Of a DNA stretch of 64,000 bases, positions 35,026 through 45,600 are shown one piece after another. This stretch comes from Candidatus Micrarchaeota archaeon. GTDB taxonomy: Archaea; B1Sed10-29. The translations under genes and the position numbers were made by a program. The notes under the pieces were generated by a model. It saw only the letters and a list, made by a program, of their open reading frames with translations. It was not told the origin of the DNA and searched no databases. The stretch lies in NCBI GenBank assembly GCA_964579265.1, contig CAZOFO010000002.1, forward strand, positions 22,856 through 86,855, written 5' to 3'. Each line of letters starts with the position of its first letter. The stretch's first letter is position 1.

Positions 35026-35622
35026 TTATTTTTCTTTTGTTTTATCTTCCCTTATCTTAGCAGAAACTATATTCTCGTGCAGTTCATTCAGAACTTTTCT
35101 AGCTACATCTTGCTTTCTCTTCAGATTTGGGACAACTGAGTTAGGGTAGCTGAATTTTCTGAACTTCACGTAAAGTTTCTCGAGTTCTTTTTCCATATCT
35201 TCAGCTTCATTTATCTTTCCTTCTCCAAGCTTGTCCATTGCGTGCCTCTTCAATTCTCCTATTGCATCTCCCAGCCCTGTAAGATAGTACTTTGGAGGCA
35301 CGTCTAGTTCAGGTAATTTTCTTTTCTCTAAATAGTTTTTGAGTATGCATAATTCCGCGTATTCCTGGTAGCTCTTTCCAAGAGCCTTATCCTTCAGCAC
35401 AGGGTATTTTTCTAGTTTTTCTTCACATTTCTTTATTATCCTTTCAGATTCTTTTTTCTTCTCTTCTGCTTTTTCGAACTCATTCTGATGTATGTGCTTC
35501 ACTCCTTCCTGGCATAGAGGCAATATGTCTCTTCGTTCCTTTAAAACCTTTTCTCTCTTTTCATACGCTTCCTCTAGTTCTTCTTCAATCTTATCTAGCA
35601 TTTGTTTCACCATATTTAGCAT
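35026..35622 (-). CDS. translin-family protein
   Basis: Helical protein of about 200 aa. YLTGLGDAIGELKRHAMDKL matches the translin GL.D..GEL.R motif. Confidence 0.5.
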   Translation of the reverse strand: MLNMVKQMLDKIEEELEEAYEKREKVLKERRDILPLCQEGVKHIHQNEFEKAEEKKKESERIIKKCEEKLEKYPVLKDKALGKSYQEYAELCILKNYLEKRKLPELDVPPKYYLTGLGDAIGELKRHAMDKLGEGKINEAEDMEKELEKLYVKFRKFSYPNSVVPNLKRKQDVARKVLNELHENIVSAKIREDKTKEK

Positions 35623-35657
35623 TATAATTTTGTTTTTTCGCTCTATATATTTTTTAT

Positions 35658-35972
35658 CTACTCTATTAAGATTTTAGGGTTTCTATAAATTACCTTTACT
35701 TCTTTTCCCTTTCTCTTTTTTTCCACCAGGCCAACGAACTCCAGTGTGTTCACGTCTCGAGAAACTGCTGATATCTTCCTATCTGTTTTTTCAGCGATTT
35801 CGCTCACGGACAACGAGTCCTCTGATCTCAGTAGCTCGTATATCTCGTTTTTCTTTGGGGTGAATATCTTGCCAGCTACCTTTGGCTTTATCGCTACTAC
35901 TGGCCTGTCCGATTTCTTTGCTTCCATTAATCCTTTCTCCAGGTCAGTTATTGTTCTCATTTCTTTTTCCAT
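35658..35972 (-). CDS. winged-helix transcriptional regulator
   Basis: IYELLRSEDSLSVSEIAEKTDRKISAVSRDVNTLEFVGLVEKKRKGKEV is an ArsR/TrmB-like wHTH. Confidence 0.45.
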   Translation of the reverse strand: MEKEMRTITDLEKGLMEAKKSDRPVVAIKPKVAGKIFTPKKNEIYELLRSEDSLSVSEIAEKTDRKISAVSRDVNTLEFVGLVEKKRKGKEVKVIYRNPKILIE

Positions 35973-35991
35973 TATCTCACACCTCTATCCT

Positions 35992-36327
35992 TCATATGAG
36001 TTTGTTTTCTCTATATTTTCTGAAGTATTTCTTCCCGTTTTCTTTTATATCTTTTAAGGCGTATCTGTATTGCTTTTTCCTCTCTCTAACTTGGTTCTCA
36101 AGATCTACATTCTCTTTTTGTTTTTTATAATATTTATGGACGTGGAATATGTCGTGTTCGGTATCGTACTTTATTATCTCGTGATATTCGTCTCTTTTTG
36201 GGTTTACTGCGGACTCTACTACCACAAAATGTCCTGGTCCGTGGTTCCACCTGGCTCTTTGGTATACTTTTATCAGCCATCCGTCGATTTCCCATAGTGT
36301 ATAGGTGAACTCTATCTCTCTGGCCAT
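35992..36327 (-). CDS. hypothetical small basic protein
   Basis: 111-aa ORF (WEIDGWLIKVYQRARWNHGPGHFVVVESAVNPKRDEYHEI...). No motif I can name. Confidence 0.35.
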   Translation of the reverse strand: MAREIEFTYTLWEIDGWLIKVYQRARWNHGPGHFVVVESAVNPKRDEYHEIIKYDTEHDIFHVHKYYKKQKENVDLENQVRERKKQYRYALKDIKENGKKYFRKYRENKLI

Positions 36328-36585
36328 CTATCTCTGTCCTTCTTTCATCTGCTTTAATTTTTTCCCTTTCACATTTAATGTTAAACATGTATCGTATTAA
36401 GTTTAACATGATATATAAAACCTTTTTTTTCCAAAGGTTATTGGAGTTAGGTTTACCAGAGAATTTAGAAATTTCCCAACATGTGTCGGTTAATGAGAGT
36501 TAATATTCGTCTTTGACACTCAAAGTTTGCGCGCCAGCACAATGATCCACTCGAACAAATATAATCCTCGAAACACCAAATCTAA

Positions 36586-37434
36586 TTGATCAAAATGACC
36601 TTCAAACTAGGTTTCCACGTAAGTATATCGGACGGATTACCAAACGCGCTCGACGAGCAGAAGGATTTAGGAGGGAACTGTGGTCAGATATTCGTGAAGA
36701 GCCCGAGATCCTGGAAATTCGCTGATCTGGATGAACAAGAAGTAGAGAAATTCAAATTAAGATATAATAAGAGCGATCTAAAACCATTCATGGTTCACGG
36801 AACCTATCTAATCAACCTAGCCACGCCAAAAGATGATCTCTTCGAAAAATCGATAGATTGCTTGAGAGGAGAGATAGAGAGAAGCGATAAAATAGGTTTA
36901 CCATACATCACTTTCCATCCTGGAGCTCACACCGGCTCGGGAGAAGAAAAGGGAATGCAAAGAATAATAGAAGGACTGAATAGACTTTCAGAAACTTTGG
37001 AAAAATCAGAAACCGAATTACTTCTAGAAAATACAGCTGGAAAAGGAACAACTCTAGGTTACTCCGTGGAACAACTTAAAAAAATGATAGAAGAACCTGA
37101 TACAGATGCAGAAATTGGTGTTTGCCTGGACACAGCTCACGCATACGGAGCAGGTTACGACCTAGCCACCGAAGAAGGAATAAAAGAGTTCCTCGATGAA
37201 GTGGACGACACTATTGGGAAAAAATCAATCAAAATGATCCATCTCAATGATTCAAAAGCCGAACTAGGATCTGAAAAAGACCAACACTACCATCTAACGG
37301 AAGGAGAATTTGGTAGAAAAGGAATAAAGAACTTTGTCAGCCACGAAGCATTCAGAGACATACCTATGATAAGGGAAACACATTACGAACCTGAAGACGT
37401 TGACCTAGTGAAGAAATTGAGAAAAGAAGGATAA
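36586..37434 (+). CDS. nfo: endonuclease IV (AP endonuclease family 2)
   Basis: FKLGFHVS, MVHGTYLINLA, ITFHPGAHTGSG, LLLENTAGKGTTLG, CLDTAHAYGAGYD and IHLNDSK match Nfo. Confidence 0.85.
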   Translation: MIKMTFKLGFHVSISDGLPNALDEQKDLGGNCGQIFVKSPRSWKFADLDEQEVEKFKLRYNKSDLKPFMVHGTYLINLATPKDDLFEKSIDCLRGEIERSDKIGLPYITFHPGAHTGSGEEKGMQRIIEGLNRLSETLEKSETELLLENTAGKGTTLGYSVEQLKKMIEEPDTDAEIGVCLDTAHAYGAGYDLATEEGIKEFLDEVDDTIGKKSIKMIHLNDSKAELGSEKDQHYHLTEGEFGRKGIKNFVSHEAFRDIPMIRETHYEPEDVDLVKKLRKEG

Positions 37435-37436
37435 AA

Positions 37437-38225
37437 ATGAAGGCAATAGTGGTTTCAGAGAAAGATAAAGCGGGAAAGAACATATATAAACACCTTCTAG
37501 ATAAAGGATTCGGCTCCACTCAGGGCAAATGGCAGGGAAAAACAGTTCACAAGGAAGGAAAATGGCTTTTGGTACGCACTGAATCAAGAATAATCCACGC
37601 GGACGAAGTAGATAATCTCGATGCGGATGAAATAATCTTCGCTTCAAAACATTCTTCCGAGTCAGGCAAACCAACACTAACTACCCATGCCCCTGGTAAC
37701 TTCGGACCAGCTGACTACGGAGGCGAACCAGGAAAACTATGCCAAGTTAATGCAAACAGAATGAACGAACTTCACTCTCATTTACTAGAACCTACTTTCG
37801 AGTATAACGTGTCTCTTGAAGTGACGCATCACGGTCCTCTCATCAGGCAACCTTGCTGTTTCATCGAACTAGGATCAATCGAAAAACACTGGGGAAATCA
37901 AGAAGCTGGAGAATACATAGCGGAAGCAGTAATCAAGACAATCAGAAAAAAAGAAAAAAATGAAAAATTGGAAACAGCTATAGGGATAGGCGGGAATCAC
38001 TACGCTAGAAAATTCAATGAAATACAGAGAAGAGAAAACGAAGCGATGGGTCACATAATACCAAGATACGCCCAGAAACATTTAGATAGAGACATGGTTC
38101 AGCAGATGATCAAGAAAACGCATCCAAAGCCAGATAAGATATATATAGATAAAAAAGGAACTAAGAAACAATCAAAAGTTAGAGAAATGCTCGAAGAGTT
38201 TGATGAAGAAGTTATACCTCTATAA
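37437..38225 (+). CDS. dtdA: D-aminoacyl-tRNA deacylase, archaeal type (DtdA)
   Basis: KAIVVSEKDKAGKNI, SKHSSESGKPTLTTHAPGNFG, LEVTHHGP and ELGSIEKHW fit the archaeal DTD2 family. Confidence 0.8.
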   Translation: MKAIVVSEKDKAGKNIYKHLLDKGFGSTQGKWQGKTVHKEGKWLLVRTESRIIHADEVDNLDADEIIFASKHSSESGKPTLTTHAPGNFGPADYGGEPGKLCQVNANRMNELHSHLLEPTFEYNVSLEVTHHGPLIRQPCCFIELGSIEKHWGNQEAGEYIAEAVIKTIRKKEKNEKLETAIGIGGNHYARKFNEIQRRENEAMGHIIPRYAQKHLDRDMVQQMIKKTHPKPDKIYIDKKGTKKQSKVREMLEEFDEEVIPL

Positions 38226-38227
38226 TG

Positions 38228-39631
38228 TTATTCTAACTGCTTCTTTATTCTTTGATTACTTATCTCTATGAATTTTTCTGTATTCTCTTCAGGTATTGTG
38301 GCTCCTGCGGCTACGTCGTGTCCTCCACCTTCTCCTTTTGTTTCTTCTGCGGCTTTGTGGAATGCTTCTCCAAGGTTCAGTCCTTTTTCAACTAATTCTT
38401 TTGTTCCTCTTCCGCTTATCTTTACTTCATTTTCTTCTTTTTCGGCCATCCCTATTATTGGTTTGTCTCTCTTTACTTCGTCCGTTGAGTACAGCATTCC
38501 AAGGACTATACCTATTATTGATGGTTCTATGTTTCCTTTAGAGTCGAGCAGATAAGTTGTTTCTTTTTTCTCTATTCCTTTATCCTTGGCGTACTTTATC
38601 CCTTTGCTCAGTTTTCTTCTGTGTCTTCTGAGCATCTTGACTGCTTCGTCCATCGCTTCGTCTCTGTCACCCATGTTTATTTTTACTCCTAGTTCCGGTC
38701 TTTCGTGTCTTCCACAGGCATTGAGTATTGTGCTGTATTCCTTTCCGTCTTTCAATGGTGATTTCTTCGGCTCTTTCTTTAATTCGTATACTTCTCCTAT
38801 CAGGTTCCTAAGCACTGTTTCGGGTACTCCGTTTCTCCTGCCGTAGACATGTAGTCCGGATATCAGTCTCTTTTTTTCCTCTAGATCTAATTCGCAGTAG
38901 TATCTGGATTTTCCTTCTCCATTTTTGAGATCTATATCTAGGTTTTTTAGGAATCTGACGCAGTTGTTTCTTTCTCCTGTCAGCCCGGGTAGATATGGGT
39001 AGGTTGAATAGGTTAGGAATGAAACTAGGTCCCGTGAATGTCTTCCGAATAAAGTTATGTCCATTCTTCTTTCTATCTCTTCTGCTTCTTCTCCTTCTTC
39101 CAGTATCTCTCTGTTTAATCCCACTAGTCTGTTTTCTTCATTACTATACTGCATGTCTCCAAGTGCTCCGACTATTCCTACTTTTGATAGGTCCTTGTTT
39201 TTCTCATCTATTTCTCTGGCTACGGCGTAGCTTAACCCGGATGAACTTATTTCGCTGGATCCGTCTACTCCTGAGAGATGCGGGTTCAGGTGTGGTTTTT
39301 CCGTTTCTCCTTCTATCTCGTGGTGGTCTATTATGCAGTACTCTCCGTTTGTTATCTCTTTTTTTAACATGTCGAGGTATCCTGATCCAAAGTCTATTAG
39401 TATGAATGGATTGGAGTTGTAGTGTTTCTTGAATTCTTTTAATTCTTCCTTTGAGAAATGCTGCAGAGTGTGGGCTTCGTATTCTTTACCCATTCTCTCC
39501 AGTGTTTTTCTTATTATTCCACCGGCTGATAAACCGTCTGCATCGTAGTCGTTAAGAACTATGAAGTTGTCTTTTTCTTCTATGAATTCTACTACTTCTT
39601 TTAATCCTTCTAGGTTTTCGAGTTTCTTCAT
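38228..39631 (-). CDS. RecJ-like DHH-family exonuclease (GAN / archaeal Cdc45-RecJ homolog)
   Basis: The DHH motifs are NDYDADGLSAGG and YCIIDHHE. The DHHA1 motif is GEGGGHDVAAGA. Confidence 0.75.
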   Translation of the reverse strand: MKKLENLEGLKEVVEFIEEKDNFIVLNDYDADGLSAGGIIRKTLERMGKEYEAHTLQHFSKEELKEFKKHYNSNPFILIDFGSGYLDMLKKEITNGEYCIIDHHEIEGETEKPHLNPHLSGVDGSSEISSSGLSYAVAREIDEKNKDLSKVGIVGALGDMQYSNEENRLVGLNREILEEGEEAEEIERRMDITLFGRHSRDLVSFLTYSTYPYLPGLTGERNNCVRFLKNLDIDLKNGEGKSRYYCELDLEEKKRLISGLHVYGRRNGVPETVLRNLIGEVYELKKEPKKSPLKDGKEYSTILNACGRHERPELGVKINMGDRDEAMDEAVKMLRRHRRKLSKGIKYAKDKGIEKKETTYLLDSKGNIEPSIIGIVLGMLYSTDEVKRDKPIIGMAEKEENEVKISGRGTKELVEKGLNLGEAFHKAAEETKGEGGGHDVAAGATIPEENTEKFIEISNQRIKKQLE

Positions 39632-39752
39632 CTTTATCTTTGTTTTTTCTTTTTTGAGTGTTTTGTTTGAAGGTGTTTGTTCTATTTAATTCCTTTTCTC
39701 TTTTCGCGCAAGTTTTATAAATGTCTTTTTCTTTCTATCTAATGGTGAGTAT

Positions 39753-39894
39753 ATGAAGTGCATTGAATGTGGAGAAAAGATGGATGTAATGCTCTTTGAG
39801 AGAAGAGAGGGTATTCACTATGGTGCTCATAGGTGCCCTGAATGCGATAGAAAAGAGATTGAAGGTGGAAAAATAGGTTTGAATCCTTTTTGAA
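39753..39894 (+). CDS. small zinc-ribbon protein (47 aa), absent from the ORF track because it is shorter than 60 aa
   Basis: MKCIECGEKMDVMLFERREGIHYGAHRCPECDRKEIEGGKIGLNPF has a CxxC...CxxC arrangement and a purine-rich coding strand. Confidence 0.35.
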
Positions 39895-39902
39895 CTCTTT
39901 CT

Positions 39903-41267
39903 CTATATTTCGTACTCGTAGTCTTGTTTTGGAACGTAGGATTCTATGTTTCTTTTTTCCAGTTCTCTATTCAGGTTCTTTGCTTTATTTTCTTCTCCGT
40001 GTACTATGAATGCTTTTTCCGGTGTAGGTAGATTTGATACGTATTCCAGAATTTCTTTTTTATCACTGTGGGCGCTGAAGTGAACTGATTTTACTTTTGC
40101 GTTTATTTCTATCTCTATTTTTTCTTCTCCGTTTCTATTTGGTAGTTTGATCTTGTTTGCTCCTTCTTGCAGTGCTCTTCCTGGTGTTCCTTCTACTTGG
40201 TATCCTACTAGCATTATCTTGTTCTTTGGGTCGCTTCCAAGTTCTTTCAAGTACTTTATTACTGGTCCGCCTGTCAGCATTCCTGAGGTTGTCAGGATTA
40301 TTGCTGGTTCTTCTTTATCGGTTACGTCTGATCTATCTTTTGTCCTTGGTGGTTCGAAGTGTTCCGGATCGAACGGGTTTTCCTGTGCCATAAGTATTCT
40401 CTTTGGTATTTCTTCCTTCATGTGAAGCACGTTCTGTCTATGGATGGAGTTAGCTTTCTTTATCATCCCGTCTATGTATCCTCTTGTGTTTGGGAGAAAT
40501 CCTGATTGCATGTAGTTGTCCAGAGTTATCATTAGTTCTTGTGCTCTTCCTACTCCGAAGCTAGGTATTATTACTTTTCCTCCTTTTTGAATCGTTTTCT
40601 TTGCTTCTCTTGCTAGTTTTTGAGATTTCTTTTTCAATCCTGGTAGGTTGTCCTTTTCCCCTGCATATGTTGATTCAGTTATAAATGCGTCAAAAGGCTC
40701 TATATCTGTATCTGCTTCTTCAAGTATGTTTGTTGGTCTGTATGAGAAATCTCCTGTGTATAGTATGGATTTTTCTTCTTTCTCATCTTCTAGTCTTACT
40801 GTGGCTGCTCCCAGTATGTGTCCTGCTTTGTGCATTGTCATCTTCGTGTTTTTGGATAATTTTATATCCTCATCGAATTCAGCTTGTTTCGTGTCTCTCA
40901 TCAGGTTGTTAAGATCCTGCATTGTGAATTCTGCTCTGTCGTTTTCCTTTGCTATGTTGAGGTAGTCTGCGAGGAGCAATTGCATTAAATCCCGGGTTGG
41001 TTTGGTGGTGTATACGTCTCCTCTCCATCCTCGGGCGTATAAATGAGGTAAGTAACCGCTGTGGTCTAGATGAGCGTGACTTATTATCACTGCGTCTAGT
41101 TTCTCCATTATTTCGTCGGGTATGTAGGGATATCTTTCGGATCTTTCTTCTCCTCCGAGGTTTATCCCGCAGTCCAGCATAACGTTCTTTTCACTTGTTT
41201 CTACGTATATTGCTGATCTTCCTACTTCTCTGCAGGCTCCTAAAAAATTAAGTTTCATTTCTATCAC
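39903..41267 (-). CDS. beta-CASP metallo-beta-lactamase RNase without KH domains (aCPSF2-like)
   Basis: HAHLDHSGYLP, YTGDFS and GHILGAA are beta-lactamase and beta-CASP motifs. VHGEENKAKNL lies in the C-terminus. Confidence 0.75.
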   Translation of the reverse strand: MIEMKLNFLGACREVGRSAIYVETSEKNVMLDCGINLGGEERSERYPYIPDEIMEKLDAVIISHAHLDHSGYLPHLYARGWRGDVYTTKPTRDLMQLLLADYLNIAKENDRAEFTMQDLNNLMRDTKQAEFDEDIKLSKNTKMTMHKAGHILGAATVRLEDEKEEKSILYTGDFSYRPTNILEEADTDIEPFDAFITESTYAGEKDNLPGLKKKSQKLAREAKKTIQKGGKVIIPSFGVGRAQELMITLDNYMQSGFLPNTRGYIDGMIKKANSIHRQNVLHMKEEIPKRILMAQENPFDPEHFEPPRTKDRSDVTDKEEPAIILTTSGMLTGGPVIKYLKELGSDPKNKIMLVGYQVEGTPGRALQEGANKIKLPNRNGEEKIEIEINAKVKSVHFSAHSDKKEILEYVSNLPTPEKAFIVHGEENKAKNLNRELEKRNIESYVPKQDYEYEI

Positions 41268-41453
41268 TCTCCTTACTTGTGTTGTTGTTTTCTATTGATT
41301 TAGTATTAATTTAGAATTCTTATTAACTTTTTCTAATACTTATTTTTCTTCTCTTCTTCTTTATTAATGGGCTCTGACTTAAAACCAGTGGTTTCTTACT
41401 TAAGGAACAACAATATATTTAGGTAGGGTTTAAAAGAGGAGGATTTATAGAGT

Positions 41454-42581
41454 ATGAAAGAAAGATTAAGAAGTTTCTTGAGTAGATTTGGAAAATCTAA
41501 AAAGAAGAGAGAGATAGAAGAAGAAATAAAAGATCTTAATAAAAAGAAAGCTCAATTAAAAGCAGAGGAAAAAGAACTTAAAGATATTGATAGAGATCCT
41601 AAAGAGATAAAAGAACAGATAAGGGAAATAGATCGACAAATAAAGGAAAAATACGATGAATTAGCATCAATAGAGTATAAAGAAGCAATGGAAGAACTAG
41701 GTAAAGAGACTAAAGAGAAAAAACTTACTCTAACAGGTATAAAAGCTGAATTAAAAGAACAGAGAAAGGAAAAAGAGAGAACGGAAAAAAGACTTGAAAA
41801 CGCTAGAGAAAAAATAGAAGAACTTGAAGAAGAGAAAAAAGAACTAGCAAAGAAAATAAATGAAATTCAAGAGAGTCTAAAAGATAAAGAAATGCAAATA
41901 AAACAAAAAGAAGATATAATAAAAGAATTAAAAGAAGAAAAACCAGTTAAATCAGAAGAAAAAGAAAAAAAGATTGAAAAAGAAGATATAGATGAAATGA
42001 AAGCAAAAATCCAAATGCTCGAATACATACTAGAAAAATATAGAGGCTACATAGAAGAAAATGAGAAGAAAACCATACAGGAAATGAAACAGATGATACA
42101 GCCAAATAACATAAGCTTAAGAGAATACTTATCTGGAATAGAAAAAGAAAAAACAACTGAAAAAGAAGACGAAGCAGAAAAAACCCTTAAAGCATGTGAA
42201 CAAGCCTATGAAAAAATAATGAAAGAGATAAAAGCATGTGAATCACTACCAGTAGAACACTGGATGAACATAAAAACAATGCTTGATGAAAAGATAGCTG
42301 ACTACGAGGACAGAGCAATATTACTATGTTCAGCATTCAGACACTTCGGAGCTAAAGCCTACATAGTCACCACTACACTAGAAAACAATGAAAGAATACC
42401 TCTAATAGAAATAAAAATGAATGAAAAGTATTTGTTAATAAATCCTAATGAAAAACATCCTTTCAGAAAGTACTACGGAGATTTGGATCAGCTTAAGGAA
42501 CAATTCCAGCATGAAGATAAAGATATAAAGAAATTTAATTACCTATACAACGACAGAGAATACAGAACATTTGAAGAATAA
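41454..42581 (+). CDS. coiled-coil protein with a C-terminal globular domain, unknown function
   Basis: 375 aa. About 250 aa are heptad-like K/E-rich. The C-terminus is ILLCSAFRHFGAKAYIVTT... Confidence 0.4.
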   Translation: MKERLRSFLSRFGKSKKKREIEEEIKDLNKKKAQLKAEEKELKDIDRDPKEIKEQIREIDRQIKEKYDELASIEYKEAMEELGKETKEKKLTLTGIKAELKEQRKEKERTEKRLENAREKIEELEEEKKELAKKINEIQESLKDKEMQIKQKEDIIKELKEEKPVKSEEKEKKIEKEDIDEMKAKIQMLEYILEKYRGYIEENEKKTIQEMKQMIQPNNISLREYLSGIEKEKTTEKEDEAEKTLKACEQAYEKIMKEIKACESLPVEHWMNIKTMLDEKIADYEDRAILLCSAFRHFGAKAYIVTTTLENNERIPLIEIKMNEKYLLINPNEKHPFRKYYGDLDQLKEQFQHEDKDIKKFNYLYNDREYRTFEE

Positions 42582-42619
42582 TTTATTTTATCTTTCTTTA
42601 TCGGTCACTGGTTTAGTTT

Positions 42620-45600
42620 CTATTTTCCTTTATTTATTGGAAATCCTTTTCCTCCTTTAGTTATTAGTAATAGAACTGATAAAACTACAATTGCGGCTAA
42701 TACGGCTGCTACTATGATTATTGTTAGATTTCTTGTTTTTATTGTTGGGTCTTTTTCTATGAAATGTGCTTTTATCTCTTTATTGTTGTCTATTGTTATT
42801 TTGATTTCTTTTTCTGTGCTTTCATGGTCTCCGGTCCATTTTTGAAATTTCCATCCTTCTTTTGGTTCTGGTATGATCTTAATCTCTTTTCCTTCTTCAT
42901 AGGTGTGTGTTCCTTTTTGTGGTTCTGTTTCTCCTTCTCCTTCGATGTTGATTGTTAAGTCGTATTCTTCTGGCTCCTTTATCGGTTCTTTTTCTTTGAA
43001 GTGTGCCGTGATGTTTTTGTCTTCTGTTATTGTTATTTTGATTTCTTTTTCTGTGCTGGTGTGGTCATCTGTCCATCCGTGGAATTTCCATTCGTCTTCC
43101 GGTTCCGCTGTTATTGTTATATTTTCTCCTTCCTCGTATATGTGTACTCCTTCTTGCGGTTCTGTAGTTCCGTTTCCTTCGATGTTTATCGTTAGGTTGT
43201 GGTAGTATGTTTTTTCTTTGAAATGTGCTGTGACGTTTCTGTCTTCTGTCATATTTATTGTGAATGAGGGTTCTGTCCCGGTATGATCCCCTGTCCATTC
43301 TTCGAAGTACCATCCTTCTGCTGGATAGGCTTCCACTTCTACTTCGCTTTCTTCTATGTAAGTGTAGGTTTTTATTCCTGGTGATGCTTCTCCTTTTCCT
43401 TCTGCATTTATCGTGAGATCGTAGGTGGTGGGTGTTGGCCTTACGTATCCTCCTGTTCCTGTACTTTCTACTATAATTTCTACTATGTCTGTATGGTCTT
43501 CACTTGAAGCATTTAATTCATAGGTTCCTCTGTTTGCTTCCCAAGTAAAGTTGCTTTTGTGAGTTTGGTTTGGTTGAAGAGTGATGTTATTTTCTTTATC
43601 TTCGATTTCTTCACCTATTTTTAATGTAATATTTTGAGTGCCTTCGAGATTTCCTATGTTTTCTACTCTATAATCTATTTTTACCTCGTCGCCTTCTCTG
43701 TATTCTTCTCCTTCTATCGGCGAGGTGATGTTTATTTGGAAGTATGGTGCTTCTGTGAAGTTTGCAGTAATATTGTAGTCATCTTCCATTTTTATTGTGG
43801 TTTCTGGTGATCTTGGGTCTTCTATAGTATTTACATCATCCGTCCAATTTTGTAATTTCCAGCCTATGTCTGGAGTTGAGGTTATATTGACTGTTCTGTT
43901 CTCTCTGTATTTATGTGTTCCTTCTGGAGGAGTAGTGGATCCTTCTCCATCTGTATTTATTATTAATTCCTTTGCATCTATCTGCTCCTGCCATTCTAAC
44001 CCAGGATACCCTATATTTTTTTCTTCATCTCCCACTGTTGCATGATCTCCGTCCATCCATGTATCATTGAAATCCCAATCCTCATAAGTGTCATTTGAAT
44101 ATTCCCAGGTCATATCTTCGGTTGTTCTTTCGTAAAGTCCTTCATATTCTACATCCACATATTCTCCTTTACCAATATCGTATCTAGCTTTTACCCCTTC
44201 TTCTTGACTACTTACATTAGTATTCCAGTATGTGTTTACGAATTCAGTATCTTTATCATAATGTTCTTGAGCTGCGAAACCCCCTGACCGACTACCACCC
44301 TTTACTTTCGTTGCTGTGTAAACATCTATAAAGTCCCCTCCACCTGATAAAACACCGGCAAACCCTCCTATCCGTGATTCGCCATCTCCTTCGACTTCGG
44401 CAGCAGTATATGAATCATATACATAGCCTCTAGTCATATGGCCTAAGAAAGCACCAGTATCTATGAATGCATCATCCTCAGCATTTGTATAGATATATGA
44501 GTCTTTTACAAAACTGTTTCTGACTTCGCCTTCCATTATTTGTCCAACTAATCCACCTACTAAGTCCCAAGTGTCTTCCGAGATATTTTTCTTTACTGTT
44601 GCATTTTCTATCCCTACATTCTCCACTTCCCCCTCAATTGTGCTAAATAGTCCTATTGCATCTCTTTCACCCTTGTCATCTATATGAAAATCGTTTATAT
44701 TGTAATTTTGACCGTCAAAGGTCCCTATGAAATGATTATCTCTATCTCCTATTGGTTTCCAGCCGTAACCATCATTAGCATCTGATGCAGCATGTTCTCC
44801 ATATCCGTCTGTGTTTTTGTCTAAGTCATCAACTAAAGTATATTCCAAATCTAAATGATTTTGTACGTTATTTAGGTCGTGCCAGTTACTAATTTTTATA
44901 TTTTGCCATTGTAATGTGGGGTATCCTGTGTTCCCCTTTTGGTCTTCTACTGTTGAATGGTGTCCATCCAACCACGTTTCTCCAAAATCCCATTCTTCGT
45001 AGGTTTCGTTATATTTCCAAGTCATATCTTCTGTATTTTTACCTGTGGCATTACCAGAGGTATTTGTTTGCTCTGAGGTATTAATATTCCAGTAATTACC
45101 TTTCATTTCATATTCATCGTTTATAGATACAGCTCCTGCAAATCCTTTGTCTGTTGGGTTTGTATCGTCTTCGTATTCAACGCTTCCAGTAGAAAAAGAA
45201 TCTATAATTATGCCTCGGTAGTTGTATCCTACAAATCCTCCGATAGATTCTCCTGTTGATCCTGAATTTCTAGTTGCTTTACCAGTAGAATATGAATTTT
45301 CTATATTATGTCCGGATGCTAATCTACCTGTAAACCCTCCTACTCTTTCATTTCCAGATACTTTTCCTTCTGAATATGAATATTTTATTACTCCGTCGTT
45401 TTTCCCTACAAATCCTCCTACTGTTTTATTTCCTGTTACGTCTCCTGTGGCGTATGAGTTTTTAATTAAGTCTTCGTCTTCTGCGCAACTCTGTCCTACT
45501 AATCCACCTACTTCTTCTGCGTCTTCTGCGTTAACATCTCCTGTGGCGTATGAATTGTTTATTACTCTCCAGTTCTCACCTACTAACCCGCCTATTTTTT

